Below are positions 55,250 to 64,000 of a stretch of 64,000 nt of DNA, piece after piece (positions within the stretch are counted from its first letter, which is position 1; each line of letters opens with the position of its first letter). The position numbers and the translations under genes were made by a program. The notes below the pieces were generated by a model. That model saw nothing but the letters and a program-made list of their open reading frames with translations. It made no database searches and was not told the DNA's origin. The stretch spans positions 450-64,449 of the forward strand of contig JAZLGP010000055.1 of assembly GCA_045616365.1 (NCBI GenBank). The letters are read 5' to 3'. The stretch is from Alphaproteobacteria bacterium. Its GTDB lineage: Bacteria; Pseudomonadota; Alphaproteobacteria; UBA3830.

Positions 55250-57553
55250 ATGTCAAAAGATATGCTGATAGATTCGGCTCATGCTGAAGAGATAAGAATT
55301 GCTGTTGTTAACGACGGAAAGTTAGACAAATTTGATTTCGAAACTCGTTCGAAGATACAAGTAAAGGGGAATATTTACTTAGCGAAAGTCATTCGAGTTG
55401 AGCCATCTTTGCAGGCCGCATTTATCGATTACGGCGGGAATCGTCACGGATTTTTAAGCTTTAGTGAAATTCACTACGATTATTTTCAGATTCCAGTTAA
55501 TGATCGTCAGGAGCTGGAGGTTCATTTACAAAATGCTATCGCTGCTCATATTGACGAGACAGGACAAACAGCTGAAGAAATTGATCCGAGAGAAATTGCT
55601 AGACTTCGTTACCAATTCTATCGACGATACAAAATTCAAGAAGTGATAAAGAAACGACAAATCATGCTCGTTCAGGTCACCAAAGAAGAAAGAGGAAACA
55701 AAGGAGCCGCACTTACGACTTATATCTCTTTAGCGGGAAGATACTGCGTACTGATGCCGAACACTCCAAAAGGCAGTGGAGTTTCCAGAAAAATTACAAA
55801 CAAAAAAGACAGAGAGAAGTTAAAAAGAATTGTCTCGGAATTACACATCGAAAACGGCAGCACTGTTATTCGTACAGCAGGAATTGGTCACACAAAAACC
55901 GAGATCAAAAAAGACTTCGCTTACCTAACAAATGTTTGGAATGAAATCCGTGAAACAACGTTAAAATCTTCTGCCCCAAGTTTAATTCACGAAGAAGCTG
56001 GGATCATAAAAAGATCTTTGCGCGATATGTACTCAAAAGAAATTGATACTGTCGTAATCGAAGGAGAAGCTGGGTACAGAACAGCAAAAGATTTCATGAA
56101 AAAACTGATGCCTAGCCATTCAAGAAAAGTAAAATTATATAACGATAAAAATGTTCCTTTGTTTAGTAAATACAAATTGAACGAGCAGATAAATCAAGTT
56201 TACTCTACTCGTGTCGATTTACCTTCAGGCGGATATTTGATCATCAATAACACCGAAGCTTTGATTTCCATCGATGTTAACTCGGGAAGATCCACTAGAG
56301 AAAGAAACATTGCAGGTACTGCGCTAAAAACCAATTTGGAGGCAGCTCAAGAAATTGCTCGTCAGTGTCGCCTTAGAGATTTGGCCGGTTTGATAGTTGT
56401 CGACTTCATAGATATGGAAGAAAAAAGAAACAACATGCAAGTCGAACGATGCATGCGCGAATCTTTAAAAAATGATAAAGCTAAAATTCAGGTAGGACCT
56501 ATCAGTAATTTTGGATTGATGGAATTTTCCAGACAAAGATTGCGTTCCAGCATTGCCGATGCAAACATGATCGTATGCCCACATTGTCACGGAACAGGTT
56601 TTATGTGGTCGGAGGAATCTCTAGCTGTCCAAGTTCTAAGAAAAATCGAAGAGGCTTGTATTACATCAGAGTTTAAAGAGATTATTGTTACATTGTCGCC
56701 AAATATAGCTTTATATATATTAAACAACAAACGGTCATTTATTTCGGCAATCGAATCTAGAAAAAGTTTAAAAATTACTTTCAATATAGATCACAAAATT
56801 GCGGCTAATGATTTTAAAATTGAACAAATTTTGAAACCCGTTTCAGTGATTTCTGATTCGGACGCAGATGACGATTCTGAAACAGAAACCCAAAAGGACA
56901 AGAAAGAATCTTCAGAAAAAGTTGAAAAAAACTCGACCAAAAAGGCTATTCGAAAAAAGCCTGAATCAAAAAATGAGGATGTTCAGGAAGTTGTTTCTGA
57001 GGTAAAGCCTATTCCGAAAAAAAAGAAAAACTTTAAATCTCGTTCAAATGTGAAAAAAGAAGATTCTGTCATAAAGAAAGTTGAACAGGAAACCAATTCT
57101 GAAAGCACTTCAGAAAATGTTACGGAACAAAAAACAACGGGTGAATCCGAACCAACAACTCACAAAATTGCGAAACGTTCCAATACAAAAGGAAGAAAAA
57201 AGTCTCGTAATAAAGATACTGAAGAGTCAGGGGAACTTCAGACAAAAATCAAAGAAAAAGCAGATGGAAAAGAAGCAATGGTTGATAATCAAAAAACAAA
57301 AACCTCAAAAATTATTGCTAAAGATAATCCCCAGAACATAAGTCAAGTTCATGAAGTCCCTGAATTGAAAGAAGGCAAGGTCGATTTTCAAACAAAGATT
57401 GAAGTAAGTAAGTATCAAAGGGAAATTGTTTCCAAAGTTATACAGTCTTATCAAAATGAAGAGTTAAGAAATGCCGCTATTTCTCCTAATGCGAGTAAAA
57501 AGAAAAGAAGTGGATGGTGGCAGAAACTTTTGAAAAAGCCTGAAGGTAATTAA
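55250..57553 (+). CDS. rne: ribonuclease E (Rne/Rng family) with a lysine/glutamate-rich C-terminal region
   Basis: Has an S1 domain (GNIYLAKVIRVEPSLQAAFIDYGGNRHGFL), the catalytic core (SIDVNSG, LAGLIVVDFIDM) and a CPHCHGTG zinc link. The start is the ATG at 55250. Confidence 0.9.
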   Translation: MSKDMLIDSAHAEEIRIAVVNDGKLDKFDFETRSKIQVKGNIYLAKVIRVEPSLQAAFIDYGGNRHGFLSFSEIHYDYFQIPVNDRQELEVHLQNAIAAHIDETGQTAEEIDPREIARLRYQFYRRYKIQEVIKKRQIMLVQVTKEERGNKGAALTTYISLAGRYCVLMPNTPKGSGVSRKITNKKDREKLKRIVSELHIENGSTVIRTAGIGHTKTEIKKDFAYLTNVWNEIRETTLKSSAPSLIHEEAGIIKRSLRDMYSKEIDTVVIEGEAGYRTAKDFMKKLMPSHSRKVKLYNDKNVPLFSKYKLNEQINQVYSTRVDLPSGGYLIINNTEALISIDVNSGRSTRERNIAGTALKTNLEAAQEIARQCRLRDLAGLIVVDFIDMEEKRNNMQVERCMRESLKNDKAKIQVGPISNFGLMEFSRQRLRSSIADANMIVCPHCHGTGFMWSEESLAVQVLRKIEEACITSEFKEIIVTLSPNIALYILNNKRSFISAIESRKSLKITFNIDHKIAANDFKIEQILKPVSVISDSDADDDSETETQKDKKESSEKVEKNSTKKAIRKKPESKNEDVQEVVSEVKPIPKKKKNFKSRSNVKKEDSVIKKVEQETNSESTSENVTEQKTTGESEPTTHKIAKRSNTKGRKKSRNKDTEESGELQTKIKEKADGKEAMVDNQKTKTSKIIAKDNPQNISQVHEVPELKEGKVDFQTKIEVSKYQREIVSKVIQSYQNEELRNAAISPNASKKKRSGWWQKLLKKPEGN

Positions 57554-57564
57554 TAGAGACAGCC

Positions 57565-58893
57565 ATGAATATAAAAGTTAGATTCGCCCCCTCACCTACC
57601 GGTTTGCTACATGTCGGAAATATTCGAATTGCAATCTTAAATTATCTGTTCGCAAAGCATCATGGAGGAAAGTTTGTTCTTCGCATAGATGATACAGATA
57701 AAGAACGCTCTACAATTGAATCCGAAAATTTAATACTAGAAGATTTAAAATGGCTTGGAATTGAATGGGATGAATTCTATAAACAATCCAATCACTTTCA
57801 AAACTACGATAAAGCTTTAAAATATTTAAAATCGATCGGAAGAATTTATCCGTGCTATGAAACAAAAGACGAGCTTTCTTTAAAAAGAAAAGTCCAAGTC
57901 TCTAAGGGAGTACCTCCTATATACGATCGTGCATCTTTAAATCTGACAGATCAAGAAAAAAGAAATCTCGAAAGCAAAGGTGTACAAAAATATTGGAGAT
58001 TTAAGCTTAATGAAAGTGATGTTATAGAGTGGAATGATCTTGTCCATGGAAAAATTTCAATTCCATTAAACAGCATCAGTGATCCGATCATAATCAAGCC
58101 GGACGGGTCATATGTTTATACTTTCGCCTCTGTTGTTGATGACATAAATATAGGAATAACTCATATCATCCGAGGTGACGATCATGTAACAAACACTGCC
58201 GTACAAGTTGATATTTTTAAGGCAATTTCAGGAAAATCTCCAGAATTTGGACATGTTCCGTTGTTATCATCAATAGACGGACAAGATGTATCAAAAAGAA
58301 CGAGTTCATCTTTGAGCATGGTAAATTTGAGAAATGCAGGAATGGAATCACAGGCAATTATTGGTGTTCTATCGTCTTTAGGAACTTCCAATAACGTTAA
58401 TTACCACAACACACTTGAAGATTTGATTAAAAACTTTTCTTTTGAAAAAATGAGTTTATCTTCTCCAAAATTTAATGTCAGAGATGTCGAGATCTTAACC
58501 AAAAAAATTGTTTCCGAAAAAACTTTCGATGAAATAAAAACCAAGATTTCAAAACAAATTTCCGAAGATTTCTGGGAAACAATAAAAGGAAATATCAACA
58601 CATTGAAAGATGTCGATTTTTGGTATGACATTTTTTATAACGATTTACCAAATTGTTCTGAACAACAGGATCAAGACTATATTCGTCAGATGTTGGAATT
58701 TCTTTCTCCAACCATTGATTTTGATACCTGGATTTCGCAACTGAAAGAAATTTCGAAAAGAAAAGGACGTAGTCTATTCCATCCGATACGAATGATTCTG
58801 ACAAATCAAGAAACAGGTCCGGAATTAAGGAAGATTTTCGAACTATTGGGATATGAAAAAGTTAAAAGCAGGATAGAAAGAAATATACAATGA
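57565..58893 (+). CDS. gltX: glutamate--tRNA ligase
   Basis: VRFAPSPTGLLHVGNIR (HIGH-class motif), LRIDDTD and a VSKR variant of KMSKS. Confidence 0.92.
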   Translation: MNIKVRFAPSPTGLLHVGNIRIAILNYLFAKHHGGKFVLRIDDTDKERSTIESENLILEDLKWLGIEWDEFYKQSNHFQNYDKALKYLKSIGRIYPCYETKDELSLKRKVQVSKGVPPIYDRASLNLTDQEKRNLESKGVQKYWRFKLNESDVIEWNDLVHGKISIPLNSISDPIIIKPDGSYVYTFASVVDDINIGITHIIRGDDHVTNTAVQVDIFKAISGKSPEFGHVPLLSSIDGQDVSKRTSSSLSMVNLRNAGMESQAIIGVLSSLGTSNNVNYHNTLEDLIKNFSFEKMSLSSPKFNVRDVEILTKKIVSEKTFDEIKTKISKQISEDFWETIKGNINTLKDVDFWYDIFYNDLPNCSEQQDQDYIRQMLEFLSPTIDFDTWISQLKEISKRKGRSLFHPIRMILTNQETGPELRKIFELLGYEKVKSRIERNIQ

Positions 58894-60248
58894 TTACATT
58901 ACAACTATATAACTCTCTGACCAATAAGTTAGAAAAGTTTGACCCCATTAGTTCCGACAATGTTCGTTTTTACGCTTGCGGTCCGACGGTTTATTCCAGC
59001 CCTCATATCGGAAATGCCAGACCTCTTGTCGTATTCGACGTTTTATTTAGACTACTTAAAAAACTTTACGGTAATGTTACATATGTTCGCAATCTTACAG
59101 ATGTCGACGATAAAATTAACAAACGTGCGAAAGAAAGAAACATCTCTATCCGAGAATTAACTGACGAAGTTATTGAAGAATTTCACAAAAGCACAGATCA
59201 ACTCAATGTTCTTTCACCGACTTACGAACCACGTGCAACATTTCATATAAAAGAAATGTTGGATATCATAAGTTTACTCATAAAGAATGAGTTTGCATAC
59301 ACCGTTGAAGGACATGTTTTATTTCGTGTAAAAAAATTGAATAATTACGGGCTGCTTTCTAAAAGAAGCCTAGAAGATATGATTCCAGGAAGTCGCGTAG
59401 AAGTCGCACCTTACAAAGAAAATCCTCTGGACTTCGTTTTGTGGAAGCCTTCCAAAGAAGATGAACCAGGTTGGGATAGTCCCTTCGGAAGAGGTCGTCC
59501 AGGATGGCATATCGAATGCTCTGCAATGAGTTCAAAATATTTAGGAAAACAATTCGATATACATGCTGGCGGTCAAGATTTAATTTTCCCTCATCATGAA
59601 AACGAAATTGCACAAAATTTTGGGGCTTTCGGATGCATTATGTCCAATTATTGGATTCATAATGGTCTTTTGCTAGTAAATAATCAAAAAATGTCGAAAT
59701 CTCTTGGGAATATCATTTCACTTGATGAGATCTTACAGAAATATGACGGAGAAATTATCCGTTACTGCTTGTTATCGACCCATTATCAGAAAACACTGAA
59801 TTGGACTGATCAGATTGTGAATCAGTCGAAGTCAGCACTCGACAGAATGTACAGAGCTCTGAATTTTGCAACAAAAATCGATGACGATATTATCTTTGAA
59901 AGTAAAGTTGCCATCGCACTCTGCAATAATTTAAATACCCCTCTCGCATTACAGCAATTGATGGAACTTACCGACAAAATTTATAAAACAGAAGATCAAA
60001 CTGAAAAGAATCATCTCTGCTCAATTCTAAAAAAAGAAGCAAGAATTTTGGGATTGCTGTACCGAGAAAATTGGTTCCAGAGAAAAGCAAAATTATCTGA
60101 AGAAGAAATCACAAATCTACTAAACGAAAGATCGAAAGCAAAATCGGAAAGAAATTTCCAGAAAGCAGACGAAATTCGTAATTATCTTCTTCAAAATCAA
60201 ATACAAATTGAAGATACAAAAGACGGTCCTCTATGGAAAGTGTTGTAA
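58890..60248 (+). CDS. cysS: cysteine--tRNA ligase
   Basis: YACGPTVYSSPHIGNARP, GWHIECS and KMSKSLGN. A 4-nt overlap couples it to gltX. Confidence 0.93.
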   Translation: MITLQLYNSLTNKLEKFDPISSDNVRFYACGPTVYSSPHIGNARPLVVFDVLFRLLKKLYGNVTYVRNLTDVDDKINKRAKERNISIRELTDEVIEEFHKSTDQLNVLSPTYEPRATFHIKEMLDIISLLIKNEFAYTVEGHVLFRVKKLNNYGLLSKRSLEDMIPGSRVEVAPYKENPLDFVLWKPSKEDEPGWDSPFGRGRPGWHIECSAMSSKYLGKQFDIHAGGQDLIFPHHENEIAQNFGAFGCIMSNYWIHNGLLLVNNQKMSKSLGNIISLDEILQKYDGEIIRYCLLSTHYQKTLNWTDQIVNQSKSALDRMYRALNFATKIDDDIIFESKVAIALCNNLNTPLALQQLMELTDKIYKTEDQTEKNHLCSILKKEARILGLLYRENWFQRKAKLSEEEITNLLNERSKAKSERNFQKADEIRNYLLQNQIQIEDTKDGPLWKVL

Positions 60249-60945
60249 GACTGATTTTTCAGTCATTGCATAGTTTTACATCGTTGACAGAAAGCTCTGA
60301 AACAAAATTAGAAAAATTCTCGAATTTTTTGTTTTTTTAACTTTTTGTTAATCCCTCATTGATATTATGAAGAAGATAAAATGCTTTGAATTTGATTTTT
60401 TGCAAGGTATAGAAAGAATTATAATTTGTGGAGGCATATTGAAATTTTAGTTAAGGCTTTGAAGTTACTTTAATTTCTGGTAATGACTCTAAAAAAAAGG
60501 TTTTGTCTGTTATTTAGATAGTTAGTGTGATGTTGTAACAGAAAGAAAAAGATCAAACTGATCTGATGAAGACATTCATTCTAGATAATAGCTGGTCGGT
60601 TCTTTCATACGTTATGGCAGTATGTTGTGTAATGATGTGAATAATAAGGTAAAAGCTCTGCACTTGAACGCACCAGGAGCAAGCAAATACCAGCACTATT
60701 CGAAGTTATACACATTTTATGTACGACCTATTAAAAATGACAGTTCAAAACCTTTTTTATAGAGGTCCAAAAATCATTTTTAAAGCCGAAAAAACTCAGA
60801 ATATTATCCTCCTTAATATTTCAAAATAAATTTGCATTCAAATGAGTTTGTTTCAAAATTTAACAATTTGTTGATAATTCAATGATAAAATTTAGTTGTA
60901 GTATGGAAAGAAGTATAGAGCTTTGGTGTTTTTACGTAGGAAAGT

Positions 60946-61578
60946 ATGAGACTATTATACTGTTTATTGACTCTGTTATTTTGTTTAGGATCAGGAGGTA
61001 TCCCAATTGAAACTCCGGATCAACCTGAACGTAACAAATTCGTAATAAGAGCTCCAAACGGATGGGCTTACAGAACTTTCAAAGGAGAGAACGGATTAAT
61101 CGGTATACTCTGGCCCAAAGGAACGTCATTCAATGATTGTGATACAGCTGTATTCGTGTTTATCCAAGATTTTGATGAACCATTTTTACCAGAAATCCCT
61201 GAAAACAGTCATTTGTTTCACGAAAAATGCCCGAAATCAGAGTTCAAATTTGCAGACTCAGAAGACGACCAGGACGAGACCATGTCCATAGAAGAAAAGT
61301 ATTTCAAGGGACTTTGTGGTCGCACCGAAGTTATGTTCGAAGAAAAGGTGAAAAATTTTAGAATAATTACAGTACTGGCCTCATCCTACTATGTCTCAAA
61401 TGACCTTTTTGATGACGTAAAGTACATAGTATCATCTTATAAAAAAGAAATCGAAGAAAGCTTAGGTATCTATAAAAAAAAGAAAACCAGCTCAAAAGCA
61501 AAATCAGAAAATTCTTTTAAACCTAAACCAACATCCAAAAAGGAAACTTTCGACGAAGAAACTGAAGAAATCCTATAA
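60946..61578 (+). CDS. secreted hypothetical protein (210 aa) with a Lys/Ser-rich tail
   Basis: Has a signal-like N-terminus MRLLYCLLTLLFCLGSGG. I recognise no family. Confidence 0.5.
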   Translation: MRLLYCLLTLLFCLGSGGIPIETPDQPERNKFVIRAPNGWAYRTFKGENGLIGILWPKGTSFNDCDTAVFVFIQDFDEPFLPEIPENSHLFHEKCPKSEFKFADSEDDQDETMSIEEKYFKGLCGRTEVMFEEKVKNFRIITVLASSYYVSNDLFDDVKYIVSSYKKEIEESLGIYKKKKTSSKAKSENSFKPKPTSKKETFDEETEEIL

Positions 61579-61684
61579 TAAAACCTCTCAAGAATTCCAT
61601 CTGAGCTTTTAATATATCAACTTAATAAAGTCATAACATCATTAAGACAAATGTACTACGAAAAGATAGTCATCACCAAGATTA

Positions 61685-62866
61685 TTAACCAAATTTACAA
61701 TTACTGATACGAATCGCCTCCAAAGCTGGACAATCTTCGTTTTCAACATAATTCAAAAAAGCTCCACCTGCGGTAGATATGCACGTCATCTTATCTGCGA
61801 CATTAAACTTCTTCATCGCAAATCCTGTATCCCCTCCTCCGATAAGTGAAATTAATTTATGGCTTTGTGTTCTTTCAGCAATAAATTCCGCAATCGCCTT
61901 AGTTCCAAATTCAAATGGACTACGTTCAAACAATCCCACTGGACCATTCCACAGCACCATATCGCTATCCATTATATGATCTTCTAAAAGCTTTACCGAA
62001 TCAGGTCCTATATCAAAAACACTCGTATTCGAGTTTTCCGATCGCATAATAGCGTGATCACTTTTGGTTGAAATCAATGCAGAAAAATCAGTAGGAACGA
62101 TCAACTCACAACCAAATTTTTTAGCGTTATCTACTATTTCTTTAACATCCGTCTCATATTCCGTAAGATCAAAAATCTCTGATGAATCATCACTTAAATA
62201 AGACTTAAAAGCACCAGCAATCCCCCCTCCAAGCGCCAACTTATCAACTTTCGTGACTAATCTTTTCAACAGTTTAATTTTTGTTGGCAATTTTGATCCC
62301 CCGATAATCGCCATTTTTTTCCCAGACGAATGATCGAAGAATTCTTCTATGTTTCTGATTTCTTTCCTAAAATTTTTCCCTAAAGTGGACTTTAAAAACT
62401 GAGGTATCCCAAAAACTGAAGCATGCTTACGATGAGACACAGAAAATGCTTCATTCACAAAAAAATCACCCAATGATGCTAATTTTTTCGCAAAATCCAA
62501 ATCACAACTCTCTTCCTGCAGATAAAATCTAAGATTTTCAAGCAAAATCAAACTATCGCAAGGAACTCTTTCTATTAAAGCCCTGGCGTCCTCGTCTAAA
62601 TAATTCTCGATGAATTGCACAGAACTTCCATAAATTTCCTCTATTCTTGGAATTAATGGTCGCAAACTCTGAACTTCTCCATGATCTGAAGTCTTCCCAA
62701 GATGAGACATCAAAACAATTTTTGCTCCCTTATCACGCAAACTTCTTATAGTTTCAACAGGCACTCTTATCCTGGCATCATCCATTATAAGTCCCTGATC
62801 AATTGGAACATTAAAATCGACTCGAACCAGAACTATTTTCCCAGATAATTCCATAACCAACTCCAT
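61685..62866 (-). CDS. pgk: phosphoglycerate kinase
   Basis: GKIVLVRVDFNVP, FVNEAFSVSHRKHAS and STAGGAFLNY. An alternative ATG at 62854 has a GGAG Shine-Dalgarno sequence. Confidence 0.92.
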   Translation of the reverse strand: MELVMELSGKIVLVRVDFNVPIDQGLIMDDARIRVPVETIRSLRDKGAKIVLMSHLGKTSDHGEVQSLRPLIPRIEEIYGSSVQFIENYLDEDARALIERVPCDSLILLENLRFYLQEESCDLDFAKKLASLGDFFVNEAFSVSHRKHASVFGIPQFLKSTLGKNFRKEIRNIEEFFDHSSGKKMAIIGGSKLPTKIKLLKRLVTKVDKLALGGGIAGAFKSYLSDDSSEIFDLTEYETDVKEIVDNAKKFGCELIVPTDFSALISTKSDHAIMRSENSNTSVFDIGPDSVKLLEDHIMDSDMVLWNGPVGLFERSPFEFGTKAIAEFIAERTQSHKLISLIGGGDTGFAMKKFNVADKMTCISTAGGAFLNYVENEDCPALEAIRISNCKFG

Positions 62867-63051
62867 CTTTCATTCCCCGAACTATTTTAACTTGCAAACC
62901 TTTGCCAAGCAAATCCGCTCATAACTGAGGGGAATTCTATCATAAATCGAAAAATTTTTGAACTTTTTTAAACGCACCCCTTGTAAAAAGCGTTTAAAGA
63001 CATTATCTGATATGATGAGGTTTTTTTTTCAGAATTAGGTAGGAGACTATT

Positions 63052-63705
63052 ATGCCAGCTATCGTTTTAACGGGTCACGCAGGACGAATTGAAGCAAGAT
63101 ATCACCATAGTAAATATGCTGGAGCGCCCCTAGCCATAGTTTTACATCCTAATCCAATACAAGGTGGAACTATGAATAACCGGGTTACTGTAACTTTATA
63201 TAACGCTTTTGTCGAAAATGGATTTTCCGTAATTCGGTTTAATTTTAGAGGCGTCGGAAAATCAGAAGGTGAATTCGATAAAGGTGAAGGGGAGTTTAAT
63301 GATACCGCTTCAGTACTTGATTGGATTCGATCAGTAAATAAAGGGCATCGAGACATTTGGATAGCCGGGTTTTCTTTCGGAGCTTTAATAGGAATGCAGC
63401 TTTTGATGAGACGTCCTGAGATTTCTGGTTTTATTTCTGTTTGTCCTCCTGCAAATCTTAATGACTTTTCTTTCTTAGCTCCTTGTCCAGTTTCCGGTAT
63501 GATGATAAATGGAGCAAATGATGTCGTTTGCCCCACGGAACATGTTGATAAACTTGTTGAGAAATTAAACGGACAGAAGGGAATTTCAGTTGATTATCGA
63601 GTAATTCCGAATTGTGATCATTCATTTACAGGACACTTGGATACCATTAAACAATATGTCACCGAACACTTGAACTCTAAAAAAGAAATGCGTAAAGTCA
63701 TCTAG
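63052..63705 (+). CDS. alpha/beta-fold hydrolase (COG2945-like)
   Basis: RFNFRGVGKSEG and the nucleophile elbow AGFSFGA are present. Length is 217 aa. Confidence 0.78.
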   Translation: MPAIVLTGHAGRIEARYHHSKYAGAPLAIVLHPNPIQGGTMNNRVTVTLYNAFVENGFSVIRFNFRGVGKSEGEFDKGEGEFNDTASVLDWIRSVNKGHRDIWIAGFSFGALIGMQLLMRRPEISGFISVCPPANLNDFSFLAPCPVSGMMINGANDVVCPTEHVDKLVEKLNGQKGISVDYRVIPNCDHSFTGHLDTIKQYVTEHLNSKKEMRKVI

Positions 63706-63723
63706 TTATCACAGGAGAAAATT

Positions 63724-64000
63724 ATGAGATCGTCCTTTTTGGAAGAGGCTGTTGCCAGAGGGTTTTTGTACCAATCCACAAATTTAGAAGAAATCGATGA
63801 ATACTTGTCAACCAAGGGACGATATGGTTATGTTGGTTTCGATATTACAGCAAAAAGTTTGCATGTAGGACATTTGATTCCGATATTTACTATGCGTTTG
63901 TTTCAAAAGCACGGACATAAGCCTATTGTTTTAGTCGGGGGAGGAACGACAAAAATTGGTGATCCATCTTTCCGAAACACCACTCGCCCAATGCTTTCGG
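63724..64000 (+). CDS. tyrS: tyrosine--tRNA ligase, N-terminal part (3' end outside the window)
   Basis: YVGFDITAKSLHVGHLIPI (HIGH motif) and VLVGGGTTKIGDPS. The ORF runs off the window edge. Confidence 0.9.
   Translation, partial: MRSSFLEEAVARGFLYQSTNLEEIDEYLSTKGRYGYVGFDITAKSLHVGHLIPIFTMRLFQKHGHKPIVLVGGGTTKIGDPSFRNTTRPMLS

Overview
AT-rich, gene-dense bacterial chromosome segment using the standard bacterial genetic code. I call about 60 CDS and 4 tRNAs. By eye I saw no rRNA, CRISPR array, transposase or integrase.

Most of the window is housekeeping: gpsA, rpsF-rpsR, infA, kdsB, rpoZ, metG, tatD, recO-era-rnc-lepB-dksA, rplT-rpmI, comM, fabD, rlmH, gyrA, ssb, accBC, rne, gltX, cysS, pgk and the start of tyrS. 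Three features suggest a reduced-genome, probably host-associated alphaproteobacterium: a stand-alone pntAA, a Caulobacter-like cpaA-F/tadBC order, and heavy gene overlap. This taxonomic call is inference only.

The accessory content is the interesting part.
- **T6SS spike operon (7.3-11 kb):** vgrG, a YwqK/MORN-repeat protein, a DUF4280 PAAR-like protein and a HIT-family protein are tightly coupled. Flanking genes are an FkbM methyltransferase with a 708-aa secreted low-complexity protein on one side and a signal-anchored M15 peptidase on the other.
- **T6SS membrane/assembly module (38.8-46.1 kb):** tssK-tssL-tssM-tssA sits about 30 kb from the spike operon. I see no sheath, Hcp, baseplate-wedge, ClpV or TssJ genes in the window. 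A repeat-containing secreted protein is transcribed divergently from tssK.
- **Tad/Cpa pilus machinery (15.2-23.9 kb):** eight genes, with no visible pilin gene.
- **Left end (1-2.7 kb):** the C-terminus of an MmeI-like restriction-modification enzyme, an unknown small protein and an MBL-fold hydrolase, next to a tandem pair of diverged tRNA-Ser(GGA) genes and a 417-bp non-coding spacer with RNA-like features.

All family assignments come from motif recognition in the translated ORFs. No database search was run.
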